DNA of 64,000 nt from Candidatus Bathyarchaeota archaeon (GTDB taxonomy: Archaea; Thermoproteota; Bathyarchaeia; Bathyarchaeales; Bathycorpusculaceae), in assembly GCA_963707955.1 (NCBI GenBank), contig OY970176.1, positions 224,001-288,000 on the forward strand, written 5' to 3'. A model generated the notes under the pieces. That model was not told where the DNA came from, searched no databases, and was given only the letters and a program-made list of their open reading frames with translations. Positions 29,369-40,329 of this stretch are shown one piece after another. Both the position numbers and the translations under genes were made by a program. The first letter of the stretch is position 1. Each line of letters opens with the position of its first letter.

Positions 29369-29728
29369 TAAATACGTTAGTGAACGAAACTAAAAAGCTT
29401 AGCGCACGCGCCAAAAAAGGTTCCGATCCTGACTGGGTTCCGAAACGGGCCGAAAGAGGAGAGATTAACAAAACACTTCGCTCGTGACAGCTATTTAGCT
29501 CTGAGCACCGCCCTATATACAATATTGAACGGTCTATACACTATTTGGAGAATCATAATAAGATGTCTGCAGAATGTATTGGAGGAGAAGGAGAATGAGA
29601 AAAGGACGAGGACAAAGCCACTTCTTAAAATTTTCAACCCCTCTCTTCGTCTATCTCTTCTTAGGCTTTGTCCTCGCCAAACGCTTCATGCTCGAAGGGG
29701 CTATACCTTATTGGGTTTGGTATGAGGG

Positions 29729-30280
29729 TTAAAGTTCCATCCCTCGAACCCAAACGTTTGATTTAAGCCAGGTTTCTGCTTCTTCGAATTCTGGCTGGTA
29801 CTTCACTAGACCACTTACAGAATTTAAAGCGCCTTCTTTTAGTTCCAGAACCATGAAGTTTTCGTCAGCATTGTACTCGTTGCTGAGTCCGTAAAGTCTT
29901 GCAGGTTTGAAACCAAAACGCGCGTAATAACGTACGTCACCTAATACGACTACGATCTCAAATCTCTTTTTTCGACATTCTTCAAGACCTTTAGTAACAA
30001 GAGTGGAACCTATACCTCGTCTTTGATATTCGGGTAAAACCGCTAAAGGCGCTAGGCCTAAGCCCCGCATGTTTTTGGGATTTGACTCAATTGTTATCGG
30101 TGAGAATAATATGTGACCGACAACTCTGTTATCAAATTTGGCAACCAAGGATATGGTTGCTTTATTTGCTTCACGCAACAAATCGACAAGGCGTGCTTCC
30201 ATAGGACCTTTGAATGCTCTTTCATTCACTTTTCTGACAGCTGAAATATCACTTTGCCTCTCTCTACTAATGAACAACAT
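29729..30280 (-). CDS. GNAT N-acetyltransferase (YhbS-like)
   Basis: VVGHILFS, LAPLAVLPEYQRRGIGS, VLGD..YYARFGF. Confidence 0.9.
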   Translation of the reverse strand: MLFISRERQSDISAVRKVNERAFKGPMEARLVDLLREANKATISLVAKFDNRVVGHILFSPITIESNPKNMRGLGLAPLAVLPEYQRRGIGSTLVTKGLEECRKKRFEIVVVLGDVRYYARFGFKPARLYGLSNEYNADENFMVLELKEGALNSVSGLVKYQPEFEEAETWLKSNVWVRGMEL

Positions 30281-30325
30281 TGAATATCACCTATTCTCTA
30301 TTTGGCGCGCAACCAAAAGCTAGGG

Positions 30326-31357
30326 TCACTTTGATTCTGCATTCTTGACCGCGATCACAGTTCTTCTCAACAGCAACTGGGCTGCTTCCTGCGTTGGCCA
30401 ACCGCCCAACCCGCAATCTGGGCCTGTGAAGCTCATGCGGTCCCCGTATTTCTCTCTCGCGGCCCTGAACCTCTTGCGTATGGTTGCTTCCTCTTCAGCT
30501 ATTTCTTCAACGCGTGGCTTCGTAATGCCTCTTTCATAAAGCTCCGCCATGATCGAGTCTATGTCTGTTCTGGACACGCCGACTCGCACCTGCTTGTCTG
30601 CCTGCTCAAGCATTCCTTTTGATAACCCTTCAATGTTCTTCGGGGACGCTGCATACTCGAACGACAGCACATCGACGTTCTTAACCTCGAGCACGTCAGT
30701 TATCCGTGAAGGAGAGTGAAGGTGTATCTGTCTCACAGCGCCGCTGAAGTCGAAGGCCTTCTCAAGAACCTCAATGATTGTTTCTCTTTCAGCGGAGATT
30801 TCCCTGAAACCGAAACTCGGCTCGTCTAAGGAAACCACGGCAGTTTTGATGTACTGTGAATTCAAAATCGAGTTTTTCGCGAAGCGCCTAACGTTTTCCG
30901 CGAACATCATAAGAACGTCCCTGTAGGCCACAGTTCCGACTTCCCTGAGATAGAGGTCCATCGGCCCCAGAATGCAGACACGGAGCTGCACCTTCCTTCC
31001 AAATTCCTCACACAACCTCTTAGCCTCCTCTTTGATCACGCACACTTCAGGCAGAAATGCTTGGTTTTCATCAATTAGATACGTCCCCTTGTCCATCACT
31101 TCCTTCAGCACATCTGCAAGCTGCTTGTGCATATCGTAATGCTGCGGATAGTTAACGATGTCAAGGCCGGTTTCGACCTTCTTCTTGAAGGAATCAACAA
31201 TCACTTGCCAGAAATTTTTCAACAAGAATTCGTCGCTCGTCAGCCCTTTTCCGCTTGAGATCGCCTTTCTAGCAAGAGCGTACGCCCTATCAAACGATTC
31301 CCGGTCTGTCTGAGACGGCAGTGGAAAACTTCCGACGTCATCAACCAACGTGCTCAT
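30326..31357 (-). CDS. Cobalamin-independent methionine synthase catalytic-domain-like protein
   Basis: DDVGSFP, LDEPS, IHLH, GPDCGLGGW. Confidence 0.7.
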   Translation of the reverse strand: MSTLVDDVGSFPLPSQTDRESFDRAYALARKAISSGKGLTSDEFLLKNFWQVIVDSFKKKVETGLDIVNYPQHYDMHKQLADVLKEVMDKGTYLIDENQAFLPEVCVIKEEAKRLCEEFGRKVQLRVCILGPMDLYLREVGTVAYRDVLMMFAENVRRFAKNSILNSQYIKTAVVSLDEPSFGFREISAERETIIEVLEKAFDFSGAVRQIHLHSPSRITDVLEVKNVDVLSFEYAASPKNIEGLSKGMLEQADKQVRVGVSRTDIDSIMAELYERGITKPRVEEIAEEEATIRKRFRAAREKYGDRMSFTGPDCGLGGWPTQEAAQLLLRRTVIAVKNAESK

Positions 31358-31522
31358 AAAAACAAGCATGGTCAAAACAGAATTTAAAGCTGCCCTCAGT
31401 CTGTACATGCTTGAAGACTAACCCGCAACGCCCTGTCCCTTTATTATGCGTGCACACTTGAACAGCACGTAGCTCCGCATCCAACATGAGCGGCCTCAGC
31501 GTCTTCAACGATGCTCGTCGAC

Positions 31523-31557
31523 TGTATATGCAAATTGTATATGCAAATTGTATATGC
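31523..31557. repeat. 13-bp tandem repeat (2.7 copies)
   Basis: tgtatatgcaaat tgtatatgcaaat tgtatatgc between divergent genes. Confidence 0.85.
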
Positions 31558-31702
31558 TTTTGAAAACGCGCTGTCAGCGAATTTAGGGACAGGCCAGCGC
31601 ACCGAAAGAACTACACTAGAACTGCCTTTTGGCCAAAGTTGCAACGGTTAACGAGCGGAACCGTTAAAGATTAAGAGCCAAGAATATCTAAGCTCGTTAG
31701 GT

Positions 31703-32941
31703 GTGATGCCCATGCAGACTGAAAACCTGTACAAGGAAATTGAAAAACTGCAAAGTCAGATGGTACAGGCCTTAATGGAGCTCATTCGTGTTCCAGCTAT
31801 AGCTCCGGAAAACGGCGGAGAAGGAGAATCAAAGAAAGCAGAAAAACTCGTTGAAATCTTGAAGGCTGCAGGCCTCGACAAAATCGAACGTTGCGACGCG
31901 GAAGACGAAAGAGTTCCGTCCAAGAAGAGGCCCAACATCATCGCACGATGCGCGGGGGAAACAAAGAAGGAAACGCTTTGGATAATCACGCACCTCGACA
32001 TAGTTCCACCAGGAGAGGATTCGCTTTGGACGGTTGCAAAACCATTTCAACCCATTATCAAAGACGGAAAAATCTACGGAAGAGGCAGCGAAGACAACAC
32101 GCAATCAATGGTTTCCTCCATCTTCGCAATAAAAGCCCTAAAGAACTTAGGAATCAAACCGAAAAGGACAGTCGCTCTCTGCTTCGTGGCTGACGAGGAG
32201 CAAGGAAGCACCTATGGAATCCAACACCTCATAAAACAGCAACTCTTCAAAAAAGAAGATCTGATAATCGTTCCAGACGGAGGAAACGCCATCGGAAATT
32301 TCGTCGAGATCGCTGAAAAGAGTGCTCTCTGGTTCAGAGTGCGCACCGTCGGCAAGCAGACTCACGCGAGCAGACCGGCAGACGGCCTCAACGCCCACCG
32401 CGTTGGAATGGAATATGCGTTGGCACTTGACAAAATGCTGCATGAGAAATACGCGGCGAAAGACGAGCATTTCGACCCTCCCGAAAGCACGTTTGAGCCG
32501 ACGAAGAAGGACAAGAATGTTGATGCAGTAAACATCGTTCCCGGCGAAGACGTAAACTATTTCGACTGCAGAATTCTACCTCACTACAGTGTGGAAGAAA
32601 TATTGTCGAACATCAAAGGGCTTGCACTAGAGTATCAACAGAAAACTGGAGCTAACATCAGCGTTGAATTGGTTCAGAAAACCGTGGCTCCGAAGCCAAC
32701 TGATGTGAACGCAAAGATTGTTCTCATGCTGAAAGAGGCCATCAAGAGTGTGAGACGAGTAGAACCGAAGGTTGGAGGAATCGGAGGAGGAACATGCGCT
32801 GCTTTCTTCAGAAGAATCGGCATCCCAGCAGTTGTGTGGAGCACAGAGGATGAGATGGCACACCAACCGAATGAATACGCAAAAATAGCAAACCTCGTTG
32901 ACGATGCCAAAATCTTCGCTTCCCTGGCGATCAGTCCCTAG
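31703..32941 (+). CDS. M20/DapE-family metallopeptidase
   Basis: HLDIVPPG, YGRGSED, DEEQGS, GKQTHAS, GGGT, AHQPNEY. Confidence 0.9.
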   Translation: MMPMQTENLYKEIEKLQSQMVQALMELIRVPAIAPENGGEGESKKAEKLVEILKAAGLDKIERCDAEDERVPSKKRPNIIARCAGETKKETLWIITHLDIVPPGEDSLWTVAKPFQPIIKDGKIYGRGSEDNTQSMVSSIFAIKALKNLGIKPKRTVALCFVADEEQGSTYGIQHLIKQQLFKKEDLIIVPDGGNAIGNFVEIAEKSALWFRVRTVGKQTHASRPADGLNAHRVGMEYALALDKMLHEKYAAKDEHFDPPESTFEPTKKDKNVDAVNIVPGEDVNYFDCRILPHYSVEEILSNIKGLALEYQQKTGANISVELVQKTVAPKPTDVNAKIVLMLKEAIKSVRRVEPKVGGIGGGTCAAFFRRIGIPAVVWSTEDEMAHQPNEYAKIANLVDDAKIFASLAISP

Positions 32942-33278
32942 GCAGAGCGCACCTATTTTCCAAGATCTGAACGACGAAGCCTGAAGGTCTCGGGCTGGCG
33001 TGTTCCTGAATTTTTTTGGGAAGTGGCTTGCGCTGCTCATTTTGCTCTTCAACCATATTTGGATCATATAGGATACCCGGGGGGGAGGGCGTGAGAGCGA
33101 GAGAGCACCCAGCCGAACCGTGACGGTCACCATCGAAAAACGTCATGCCTGCCTCCTGAACGGAATTTCAGAACCAACATGCGCGCTAAACCTTCTAGCA
33201 ATCGTTCGCAAGCTTTGAGAGGAAAAGCACTTAAATAATGTCGGCACGAAACTAGATTTCTCGAATCGAGGTTGTCTT

Positions 33279-33974
33279 ATGTCTGAAGCATCTCAGCTAT
33301 TCAAGCAAGTCATCAAGAGCAGAAGGAAGTCTCTTCTTGAAACAGAGGCCAAGACTGTCTGTATGGAGTACGGGATCCCCGTAACAAAGTTCAAGTTGGC
33401 GAAGAACGCGACAGAAGCTCTCAAGTTTGCGACGTCCATTGGTTTTCCAATAGTTCTGAAAATCGTTTCCCCGGACATCATCCATAAGTCAGACGTTGGA
33501 GGCGTCGTGGTCGGCATTAAAAACGCCCAAGAAGTTCGAAGCGGCTACAGAAACATCATGGATAATGTTAAGAAACATAATCCTAAGGCAAGGATCGTGG
33601 GTATGCTGGTTCAGGAAATGGCCCCAACCGGGACAGAAGTCATAGTAGGCTCAATTAAAGACCCGCAGTTTGGACCGGCTTTGATGTTTGGACTCGGCGG
33701 CGTTTTTGTGGAGGTTCTGAAAGACGTAACCTTCAGAATCGCACCTGTAAACGAAGACGAAGCAGCTGAAATGATAAGCGAGGTGAAGGCTTATCCTCTC
33801 TTGAAAGGCTACAGAAACATGCCTCCTGCTGACCTTAAGGCAATAATCAAGATCTTGGTGAACACTTCAAAGCTTGTTCTGGACAATCCTGAAATCAAAG
33901 AACTAGACCTGAACCCCATAATCGTGTACGAGAAGGGAGCAAAGACCGTCGACGCAAGAATCATACTTGAGTGA
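33279..33974 (+). CDS. acdB: ADP-forming acetate/acyl-CoA ligase beta subunit
   Basis: VLKIVSPDIIHKSDVGGV, VQEM, DPQFGP..FGLGG.FVE, ELDLNP, VDARI. Confidence 0.92.
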   Translation: MSEASQLFKQVIKSRRKSLLETEAKTVCMEYGIPVTKFKLAKNATEALKFATSIGFPIVLKIVSPDIIHKSDVGGVVVGIKNAQEVRSGYRNIMDNVKKHNPKARIVGMLVQEMAPTGTEVIVGSIKDPQFGPALMFGLGGVFVEVLKDVTFRIAPVNEDEAAEMISEVKAYPLLKGYRNMPPADLKAIIKILVNTSKLVLDNPEIKELDLNPIIVYEKGAKTVDARIILE

Positions 33975-34115
33975 ACCCACAACAGCAAAAAGAACGACAA
34001 ACTGGCCCTTTTTCAACAAAAGACGCTGCAACAAAACCGTCTCCTGGTAGCCCCGGGCTCAGGGGTAAGAGTAATTAAACAGATTCCAGAATGGAAAAGA
34101 CAGAAGGAAACAGCA

Positions 34116-34991
34116 TTGTCAACGCAGGAGAAAACGCGGGCGATCGACGAACTAATCCGGAGATTAGCACCTTTGACCGAACAAGAAGGCACATTGGACG
34201 ACGAAGCAAACAGACTGGCCGAGAGGCGGAACAGGCTAAATGAAGAGCTGAGAAACCTGCGCGCTGAAATACAAGAGCTACGCAGCGAGAGAGACCAGGC
34301 AAACGAAAAAGTGAAGGAACTAAAACAGCAGCGGAACACCACCACAGCCAGAATCCGCGAAAAGATTGAAGAAATAAAGAAACTAGGCGAGGAAAGGCAT
34401 GATTTCTCAAAGAAAATACCCTCAAGGAGCCATAGGGCTCTCGAAGAAGAAGTCGAAAGCATAGACTGGAAGATCCAGACAAGCTCCTTAACGCTGCAGG
34501 AAGAAAAGGACTTGGTCGGGAAAGTGAAGGCGCTGGAGACACAATTGGATGTCCACAGAAAAGTTGAACAGGTGGAAAGGAAGATCGACGCGTTGCACAA
34601 TGAGAACAAGAATCTTAAGGCTGAACGTGAACGCTGCCACGAAGCACTGACCGCCCAGTCGCAGAAGAGTCAGGAAATTCATGCCAAAATGCTGGCAAAA
34701 ATAGGGGAGTCAAGGAAAACTAAAATGGAGGCCGACGGCGCTCACAAGCGATTCGTAGAAGCAAGAGAAAAGACCAAACCGGTTCGAGAGGAGATCGCGG
34801 CCATTTCCCACAAAATCAGACAGTTGGAAACCGAAGTGCGAGAGGAACACGAGAAAGAAAGGAAGCAGAGTGAGAGCCTGCTTCGCCAGACGCTTGAGAA
34901 CAGAGCAATGGAGAAGCTGAGAAGAGGAGAGAAACTGAGCTGGGAAGAGTTCCAACTTGTCGCGGAAAAGGGATCGCAGTCTAAGGATTGA
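34116..34991 (+). CDS. Archaeal coiled-coil protein
   Basis: E/K/R-rich heptads, WKIQTSSL..EK, C-terminal GEKLSWEE. Confidence 0.8.
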   Translation: MSTQEKTRAIDELIRRLAPLTEQEGTLDDEANRLAERRNRLNEELRNLRAEIQELRSERDQANEKVKELKQQRNTTTARIREKIEEIKKLGEERHDFSKKIPSRSHRALEEEVESIDWKIQTSSLTLQEEKDLVGKVKALETQLDVHRKVEQVERKIDALHNENKNLKAERERCHEALTAQSQKSQEIHAKMLAKIGESRKTKMEADGAHKRFVEAREKTKPVREEIAAISHKIRQLETEVREEHEKERKQSESLLRQTLENRAMEKLRRGEKLSWEEFQLVAEKGSQSKD

Positions 34992-35203
34992 GCTCGTCGC
35001 GCGGCTCCATGTCCATTCTCCGACCATCGTGCTTGATGGCGGTGAAAAACGTTAGAATACCTCGTGCTCTTAGATTTGTAGCAAATCCATGGACTTTTTT
35101 GCAAGGGTTTGCGCTTCCGCCCGCGCTGAAAGGCACAAGATTGGTTGCAGAAACATAAGATTAAAGTGATTACGCACAGATATAATCAGAGAAAGAGATA
35201 AGG

Positions 35204-36382
35204 ATGAAAGAGGCGTCTGAAAAAGAACAGAAACGCATTCTTGTTCTGTGCGTGGACAGAGACGATGATCTAGGAACTAAGGCAGGAGTCAAGACGCCCG
35301 TTGTGGGAAGGGAAGAAAACCTCGATGCTGCGGTATCCTTGGCTCTGAAGGACCCTGAGGAACCTGACGCAAACGCCATCTTCGAGGCAGTACGCGTATA
35401 TGACCGATTGAAGGCAGATGACAAGCCGGATGAAGTCGTTCAGGTGGCAACTCTATCTGGCTCTGAACTTGGAGGGGTTAGCGCAGACAGAAAGGTTGTC
35501 TCTGAACTGAACGACCTGCTCGGTTCATTTTCTGCAAGCGAAGTAATTCTCGTGACTGACGGATACTCAGACCAAGCAGTCTTGCCAGTTGTTCAATCCA
35601 GGGTGCCCGTATCGTCTGTCAGAAGGATAGTCGTGAAGCACAGTGAGTCGATAGAGGAGACAGCTGCCCTCTTCTGGAAGTATCTCAGAACCGTAGTGGA
35701 GAATCCGCGCTACTCACGCATCGCACTGGGCTTGCCTGGTTTGCTCATTCTGATCCTAGCAATCTTTTCGATCGTCGGCTTTGTCCAGTATTACGTAATA
35801 GCCTTCGTGCTTGTCTTAAGCGTGTCCCTGCTTGTCAAAGGATTCGGAATAGACAGGATGGCTAAAGGTTTCTACAGGTGGATCAGAGAGTATTCCCCGC
35901 CGCCTCTTCGAGTGCAGATTTCAAGTTTCTCTGGGATCGCCGGAGTCTTGTGCGTAGTGCTTGGCGTCTACTTAGGTTGGACCACGGCCGCACCTGAGGT
36001 TTCTGTCCAAAGCAATATTGCTGGATATCTAAGTATCCTGCCTAGAGTCGCGGGCTTTTTCATCAGCGGCGCCATCTTTCTCATTGTGGTCGGGATTTGT
36101 GTAGCCCTATTAGGCAGAGCCATCAGATGGTACCTCGAACGTGACGCCAGACTGCTGCGCAACGGGGCGTTGATCGTCACGGTCGCTTGGTCCACAGAGA
36201 TTTTCCTCGCAGTTTCGGACCTGTTGACAGGAAATGCAGGGCCTGACAGGGTTGTTTTCGCGATACTTATCGGCATCTTAATCGGCGTGGCCTCGGTGCT
36301 TGTAATATTCGTCCTACACCGACGCGCAAAGGAATTTTTCCGCGAGACCGAAGAACAGGTCGAAGAACTTGGTGAAAACTAG
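35204..36382 (+). CDS. DUF373 family membrane protein
   Basis: LVLCVDRDDDLG.K, DPEEPDAN, VTDG, multi-TM C-terminus. Confidence 0.88.
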   Translation: MKEASEKEQKRILVLCVDRDDDLGTKAGVKTPVVGREENLDAAVSLALKDPEEPDANAIFEAVRVYDRLKADDKPDEVVQVATLSGSELGGVSADRKVVSELNDLLGSFSASEVILVTDGYSDQAVLPVVQSRVPVSSVRRIVVKHSESIEETAALFWKYLRTVVENPRYSRIALGLPGLLILILAIFSIVGFVQYYVIAFVLVLSVSLLVKGFGIDRMAKGFYRWIREYSPPPLRVQISSFSGIAGVLCVVLGVYLGWTTAAPEVSVQSNIAGYLSILPRVAGFFISGAIFLIVVGICVALLGRAIRWYLERDARLLRNGALIVTVAWSTEIFLAVSDLLTGNAGPDRVVFAILIGILIGVASVLVIFVLHRRAKEFFRETEEQVEELGEN

Positions 36383-37157
36383 CATTGCAATCATAGGCGG
36401 GTCAGGACTCGAGAGGTTATTCGAAAAGCCAGAACAGTCAATCGTAAAGACGCCCTACGGAACAGCCCCTCCTGTGTCAATTGGAAAAGTGGGAGGCAAA
36501 CAAGTGGTTTTCCTCCCGAGACATGGGCCTAACCATTCTGTTCCTCCCCATCGAATAAACTACAAGGCAAGCATCTGGGCCCTGCACACGCTTGGCGTCA
36601 GAAGAATATTCGCCACAAACGCTGTTGGCGCCATAAACCGCGATTTCAAGCCTGGCCAAATTGCTGTCCCTCACGACTTTGTGGACTTCACAAAAGCTCG
36701 GTGTACCACTTTCTATGACGAAGCACCGGTTACACACGTTGACTTTTCACAGCCCTACTGCCCACAAATGCGGAAACTCCTGCTCGACGCGGCGAGAAAG
36801 ACTGGATTACATGTGTGGGACAAGGTTGTGATGGTCTGCACCGAGGGCCCTCGTTTAGAAACGCCGGCAGAAATAGAAATGTTCAGGCGCTTGGGTTGCG
36901 ACATCGTAGGCATGACTGGTTTTCCAGAAGTTGTCTTGGCCAGAGAGCTTGAAATGTGCTATGCGTCAACATGTTACGTATCCAACATGGCTGCTGGAAT
37001 ACAAAAGGGGCTTTCAGCCCATGACGTTTCAAGGGTTTCCAAGCAGATCATGCCCAAGCTGGAGAAACTCTTAATTGAGAGCATTAGGGGTTTACCCATT
37101 GAGCGCGAGGAAGCTTGCCAGTGTGCTAGCGCACTTCGAAGCGCGAGGTTTGAATAA
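36369..37157 (+). CDS. MTAP-family purine nucleoside phosphorylase (6-oxopurine / methylthioinosine type)
   Basis: IIGGSG, TPYG, LPRHG..H..PPH.INY, EGPRLETPAE, VGMT; SNMAAG rather than the TDYD of MTAP. Confidence 0.88.
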   Translation: MVKTSIAIIGGSGLERLFEKPEQSIVKTPYGTAPPVSIGKVGGKQVVFLPRHGPNHSVPPHRINYKASIWALHTLGVRRIFATNAVGAINRDFKPGQIAVPHDFVDFTKARCTTFYDEAPVTHVDFSQPYCPQMRKLLLDAARKTGLHVWDKVVMVCTEGPRLETPAEIEMFRRLGCDIVGMTGFPEVVLARELEMCYASTCYVSNMAAGIQKGLSAHDVSRVSKQIMPKLEKLLIESIRGLPIEREEACQCASALRSARFE

Positions 37158-37940
37158 GTGTTCAAGACTGTGCTGTCCGCTGTCGGCGTTTACAGGCTCT
37201 ATGAAGGATGGCTGTGGCGTCAAGTAAAAACCGGTGAAAAGCCAGAGCACATAGCCATAATTCTTGACGGAAACAGAAGATGGGCTTCGGAGAACGTTCT
37301 TAACCCCTGGCTTGGACACGAGAAAGGTGCAGAAAAAGTTGAAGAGTTGCTTGACTGGTGTCTGAAACTGGATGTCAAATCTGTCACTCTCTACGCTTTT
37401 TCCACAGAAAACTTTCGACGCACAGCCGATGAGGTTGAAGAGATCATGCGCATCGCGGGTGAGCGGTTTCGCGAGCTTTTGACAGATGAGCGAATACGCA
37501 AAGACAAGGTCCGCGTTAAAGTCATTGGGAGAGTGAACCTCTTGCCTGCTGACCTGCAGCAGCTCATAGGGGAGGTGGAGAAGTCAACAGAGCACTATGA
37601 TGAACACTTCTTGAACTTCGCCTTCGCTTACGGTGGAAGGGCAGAAATTGTGGACGCAGCTAGGAAGATCGCTGAGCAGGTGCACGAAGGCAGGCTTAGC
37701 CCTGAGAAGGTAGACGAGAAAACGTTCGAGCAGTACCTTTACACATCGCACATGCCTCAGCAAGACCCAGACTTGATCATCAGAACTTCGGGCGAGGAGA
37801 GGCTGAGCGGTTTCTTGTTGTGGCAGTCTGCCTACAGCGAACTGTGTTTCTTAGATGTCTACTGGCCTGATTTCCGACTGATAGACCTGTTAAGGGCTGT
37901 TAGGACTTTCCAGAAGCGCAAGAGACGTTTCGGTGAATGA
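37158..37940 (+). CDS. uppS: cis-prenyltransferase (polyprenyl diphosphate synthase)
   Basis: ILDGNRRWA, YAFSTENF.R, YGGRAEI, IRTSGEERLSGFLLWQ. Confidence 0.95.
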   Translation: MFKTVLSAVGVYRLYEGWLWRQVKTGEKPEHIAIILDGNRRWASENVLNPWLGHEKGAEKVEELLDWCLKLDVKSVTLYAFSTENFRRTADEVEEIMRIAGERFRELLTDERIRKDKVRVKVIGRVNLLPADLQQLIGEVEKSTEHYDEHFLNFAFAYGGRAEIVDAARKIAEQVHEGRLSPEKVDEKTFEQYLYTSHMPQQDPDLIIRTSGEERLSGFLLWQSAYSELCFLDVYWPDFRLIDLLRAVRTFQKRKRRFGE

Positions 37941-37946
37941 GAACAT

Positions 37947-39170
37947 TTAAGCTCTTTTGCGTGCGCTCACTATCGAGACGACATCTCTGTCCCTCAGAAC
38001 GTAGTCTTCGCCAACTCGCTTGCCCTCTCTCGCCTCAGCCGCGTATATGAAGCCCTCTCCCAACTCTGTGTGAATTATGTAGGCAAGCTGACGTGCGGTC
38101 GTGCCGTACGGCACAAGATAGGCGTCAGGCAACACTCTTCCCGCGTGGTCGCTCAGGTGTTCCAAGTCTTCGACAGGATAGACTGTTATCATGTTCAACA
38201 GTTTGAAAAAAGCCGTGTTCACCGCTTCTTGAACCCCTGTTGAGCCGGAGTCGAAGAGGATCTTCTCTCTTATTATTTCCAACGCTTTGACTTGACTTTC
38301 ACTGAGTCTTTCAGGCGCGTTTATTTTGAAGTTGCAGTCTCCAGGCCTGTAGTCTATCAGCTGTTTCTCGGCGGCTCGTCTCAGCGCAAGCTCCGCCTCT
38401 GCGCAGACTGGGACGACAAGGCGGTTCGATTCCCTTAACCGCTCCAGGTTCGCCTGTGAAGTGGGAATGTCCATCTTGTTTGCAACGATTAACATTGGTT
38501 TAGAAACTTGTCTAAGCATGTTTACAAACGTTAGAAAATCTTCGTCACTCCAAAACGTTAGCTTCTCGCCGCTCAAGCCTGTTTTCCTTAGCGCTTCAAT
38601 AAGATGACCTCTTCTTATTCCGAGGCCGCTCAAACGCTCTTCTAGCAAAGTGAAAAGGTCTTTTGATTCGGCTTCTGTTGTTCTCGCAATCTTAGGCCAG
38701 TCCTTTTTCAGTATGGTCGCCATCCACATTGTTATCTCATGTTCCAGGAACCTTACGTCTTCCAGAGGATCATGCTCGCCTTGTTTGCAGAGTCTCCCTT
38801 CGCAGTCCGTTCCCCCAGAGGCATCAACGATGTGAATCAGCACATCTGCCTTTCTGATTTCGTCCAGGAACTGGTTGCCCAAGCCTCTTCCTTCCCATGC
38901 ACCGGGCACTAGCCCCGCGCAGTCGATAAACTCTATGGGGATCAGTCTCACGCCGCTCATGCAGATGGAGTTAGCAGGATTGTCGCTGACGTTAAACTCT
39001 TCGTGGACGCAGGGGGTTCGAACGTAGCCTACTCCTCTGTTGGGCTTTATCGTGGTAAAAGGGTAGTTTGCTATTTCGGCTGGCGCAAGAGTTGCTGCAC
39101 TAAAGAAAGTTGACTTGCCCGTGTTGGGCTTTCCAACGATGCCCAACAGCCTCGAATAGGATTTCTGCAT
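37947..39170 (-). CDS. YchF/OLA1-like translation-associated NTPase
   Basis: GKPNTGKST, NYPFTTIKPN, DCAGLVPGA..GRGLGNQFL, NKMD, TGS domain. Confidence 0.92.
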   Translation of the reverse strand: MQKSYSRLLGIVGKPNTGKSTFFSAATLAPAEIANYPFTTIKPNRGVGYVRTPCVHEEFNVSDNPANSICMSGVRLIPIEFIDCAGLVPGAWEGRGLGNQFLDEIRKADVLIHIVDASGGTDCEGRLCKQGEHDPLEDVRFLEHEITMWMATILKKDWPKIARTTEAESKDLFTLLEERLSGLGIRRGHLIEALRKTGLSGEKLTFWSDEDFLTFVNMLRQVSKPMLIVANKMDIPTSQANLERLRESNRLVVPVCAEAELALRRAAEKQLIDYRPGDCNFKINAPERLSESQVKALEIIREKILFDSGSTGVQEAVNTAFFKLLNMITVYPVEDLEHLSDHAGRVLPDAYLVPYGTTARQLAYIIHTELGEGFIYAAEAREGKRVGEDYVLRDRDVVSIVSARKRA

Positions 39171-39336
39171 GTCACATCTCACCAAAACTCTGTTTGTGAT
39201 GTCCTGGGCATTGCTCGCAAATACTCTGCCTAGCGTCGGTCTGTTTAACTTTGAACTCTTTCCTTAAGCTATGGTCAATCACAGATTAATATAAGAGTGC
39301 AGGGGGTCTATATGAAGTGAACCATCACGCCAAAGG

Positions 39337-40314
39337 TTGGAAAGACGAATGGTGGCAAACCTGTCGAAAGGACTAATTGCTGACATGTTTCAGAAGATGC
39401 TTGAGATCCGCTTCTTCGAAGAGAGGGTCTTCGAGCTGTACGGCCAAAACCTTGTTCCGGGCACGATACACCTCTACGCTGGTGAAGAGGCTGTGGCAGT
39501 GGGTATCTGCAGTGGCCTTCGAAAAGATGATCTCATCACGAGCACACACCGCGGTCATGGGCACTGCATAGCCAAGGGAGCCGACTTGAAACGCATAATG
39601 GCTGAGATTCTGGGCAAAGAAACTGGGTACTGCAAGGGGAAAGGAGGCTCGATGCACATTGCCGATTTCAACATCGGCATGCTGGGTGCCACCGCGGTCG
39701 TTGGAGCTGGATTACCGATAGCCGTCGGCGCTGGACTGACGATAAAGCTCGGGAGAAAAGACCGAGTGGTGGCATGCTTTTTCGGCGAAGGAGCTTCAAA
39801 CCAAGGAACTTTTCATGAGAGTTTGAACCTCGCTTCGGCATGGTCTTTGCCCGTGATTTTTGTCTGCGAGAACAATCTCTACGCCATGGGAACACGTCAA
39901 TCTAGGATAATGAAGCTTCAGAACGTGGCTGACCGCGCTGTGGCCTATGGAATGCCAGGTGAAGTCGTTGACGGAAACGACGTTCTGGATGTTTATGAAG
40001 CGGCCTGCAGAGCGGTTCACAGGGCAAGAAACGGTGAGGGCCCAACGCTCATCGAATGCAAAACTTACAGACACAAGGGACATTCTCGTGTCGACTCAGC
40101 CAAGTACAGGGCTAAAGAAGAGGTTCAAGAATGGTTAGCCAAAGACCCGGTCAAAAAACTGAAGGAGAGGATGCTGCGAGACAATACTTTGTCGGCGGAG
40201 GAGGTTGAAAAGATAGAGAAGACAGCCTTGGCTGAAGTTGAAGAAGCCGCAAGGTTTGCCCTAGGCAGCCGTTTTCCTGCTCCCGAAGAGGCTCTGGAAG
40301 ATGTCTATGGCTAG
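39337..40314 (+). CDS. pdhA: Pyruvate/acetoin dehydrogenase E1 alpha
   Basis: HLYAGEEA, STHRGHGH, GKGGSMH, GEGASNQG, ENN.Y, TYRHKGHS. Confidence 0.9.
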   Translation: MERRMVANLSKGLIADMFQKMLEIRFFEERVFELYGQNLVPGTIHLYAGEEAVAVGICSGLRKDDLITSTHRGHGHCIAKGADLKRIMAEILGKETGYCKGKGGSMHIADFNIGMLGATAVVGAGLPIAVGAGLTIKLGRKDRVVACFFGEGASNQGTFHESLNLASAWSLPVIFVCENNLYAMGTRQSRIMKLQNVADRAVAYGMPGEVVDGNDVLDVYEAACRAVHRARNGEGPTLIECKTYRHKGHSRVDSAKYRAKEEVQEWLAKDPVKKLKERMLRDNTLSAEEVEKIEKTALAEVEEAARFALGSRFPAPEEALEDVYG

Positions 40315-40329
40315 AAGGAGAGGAAGCAC

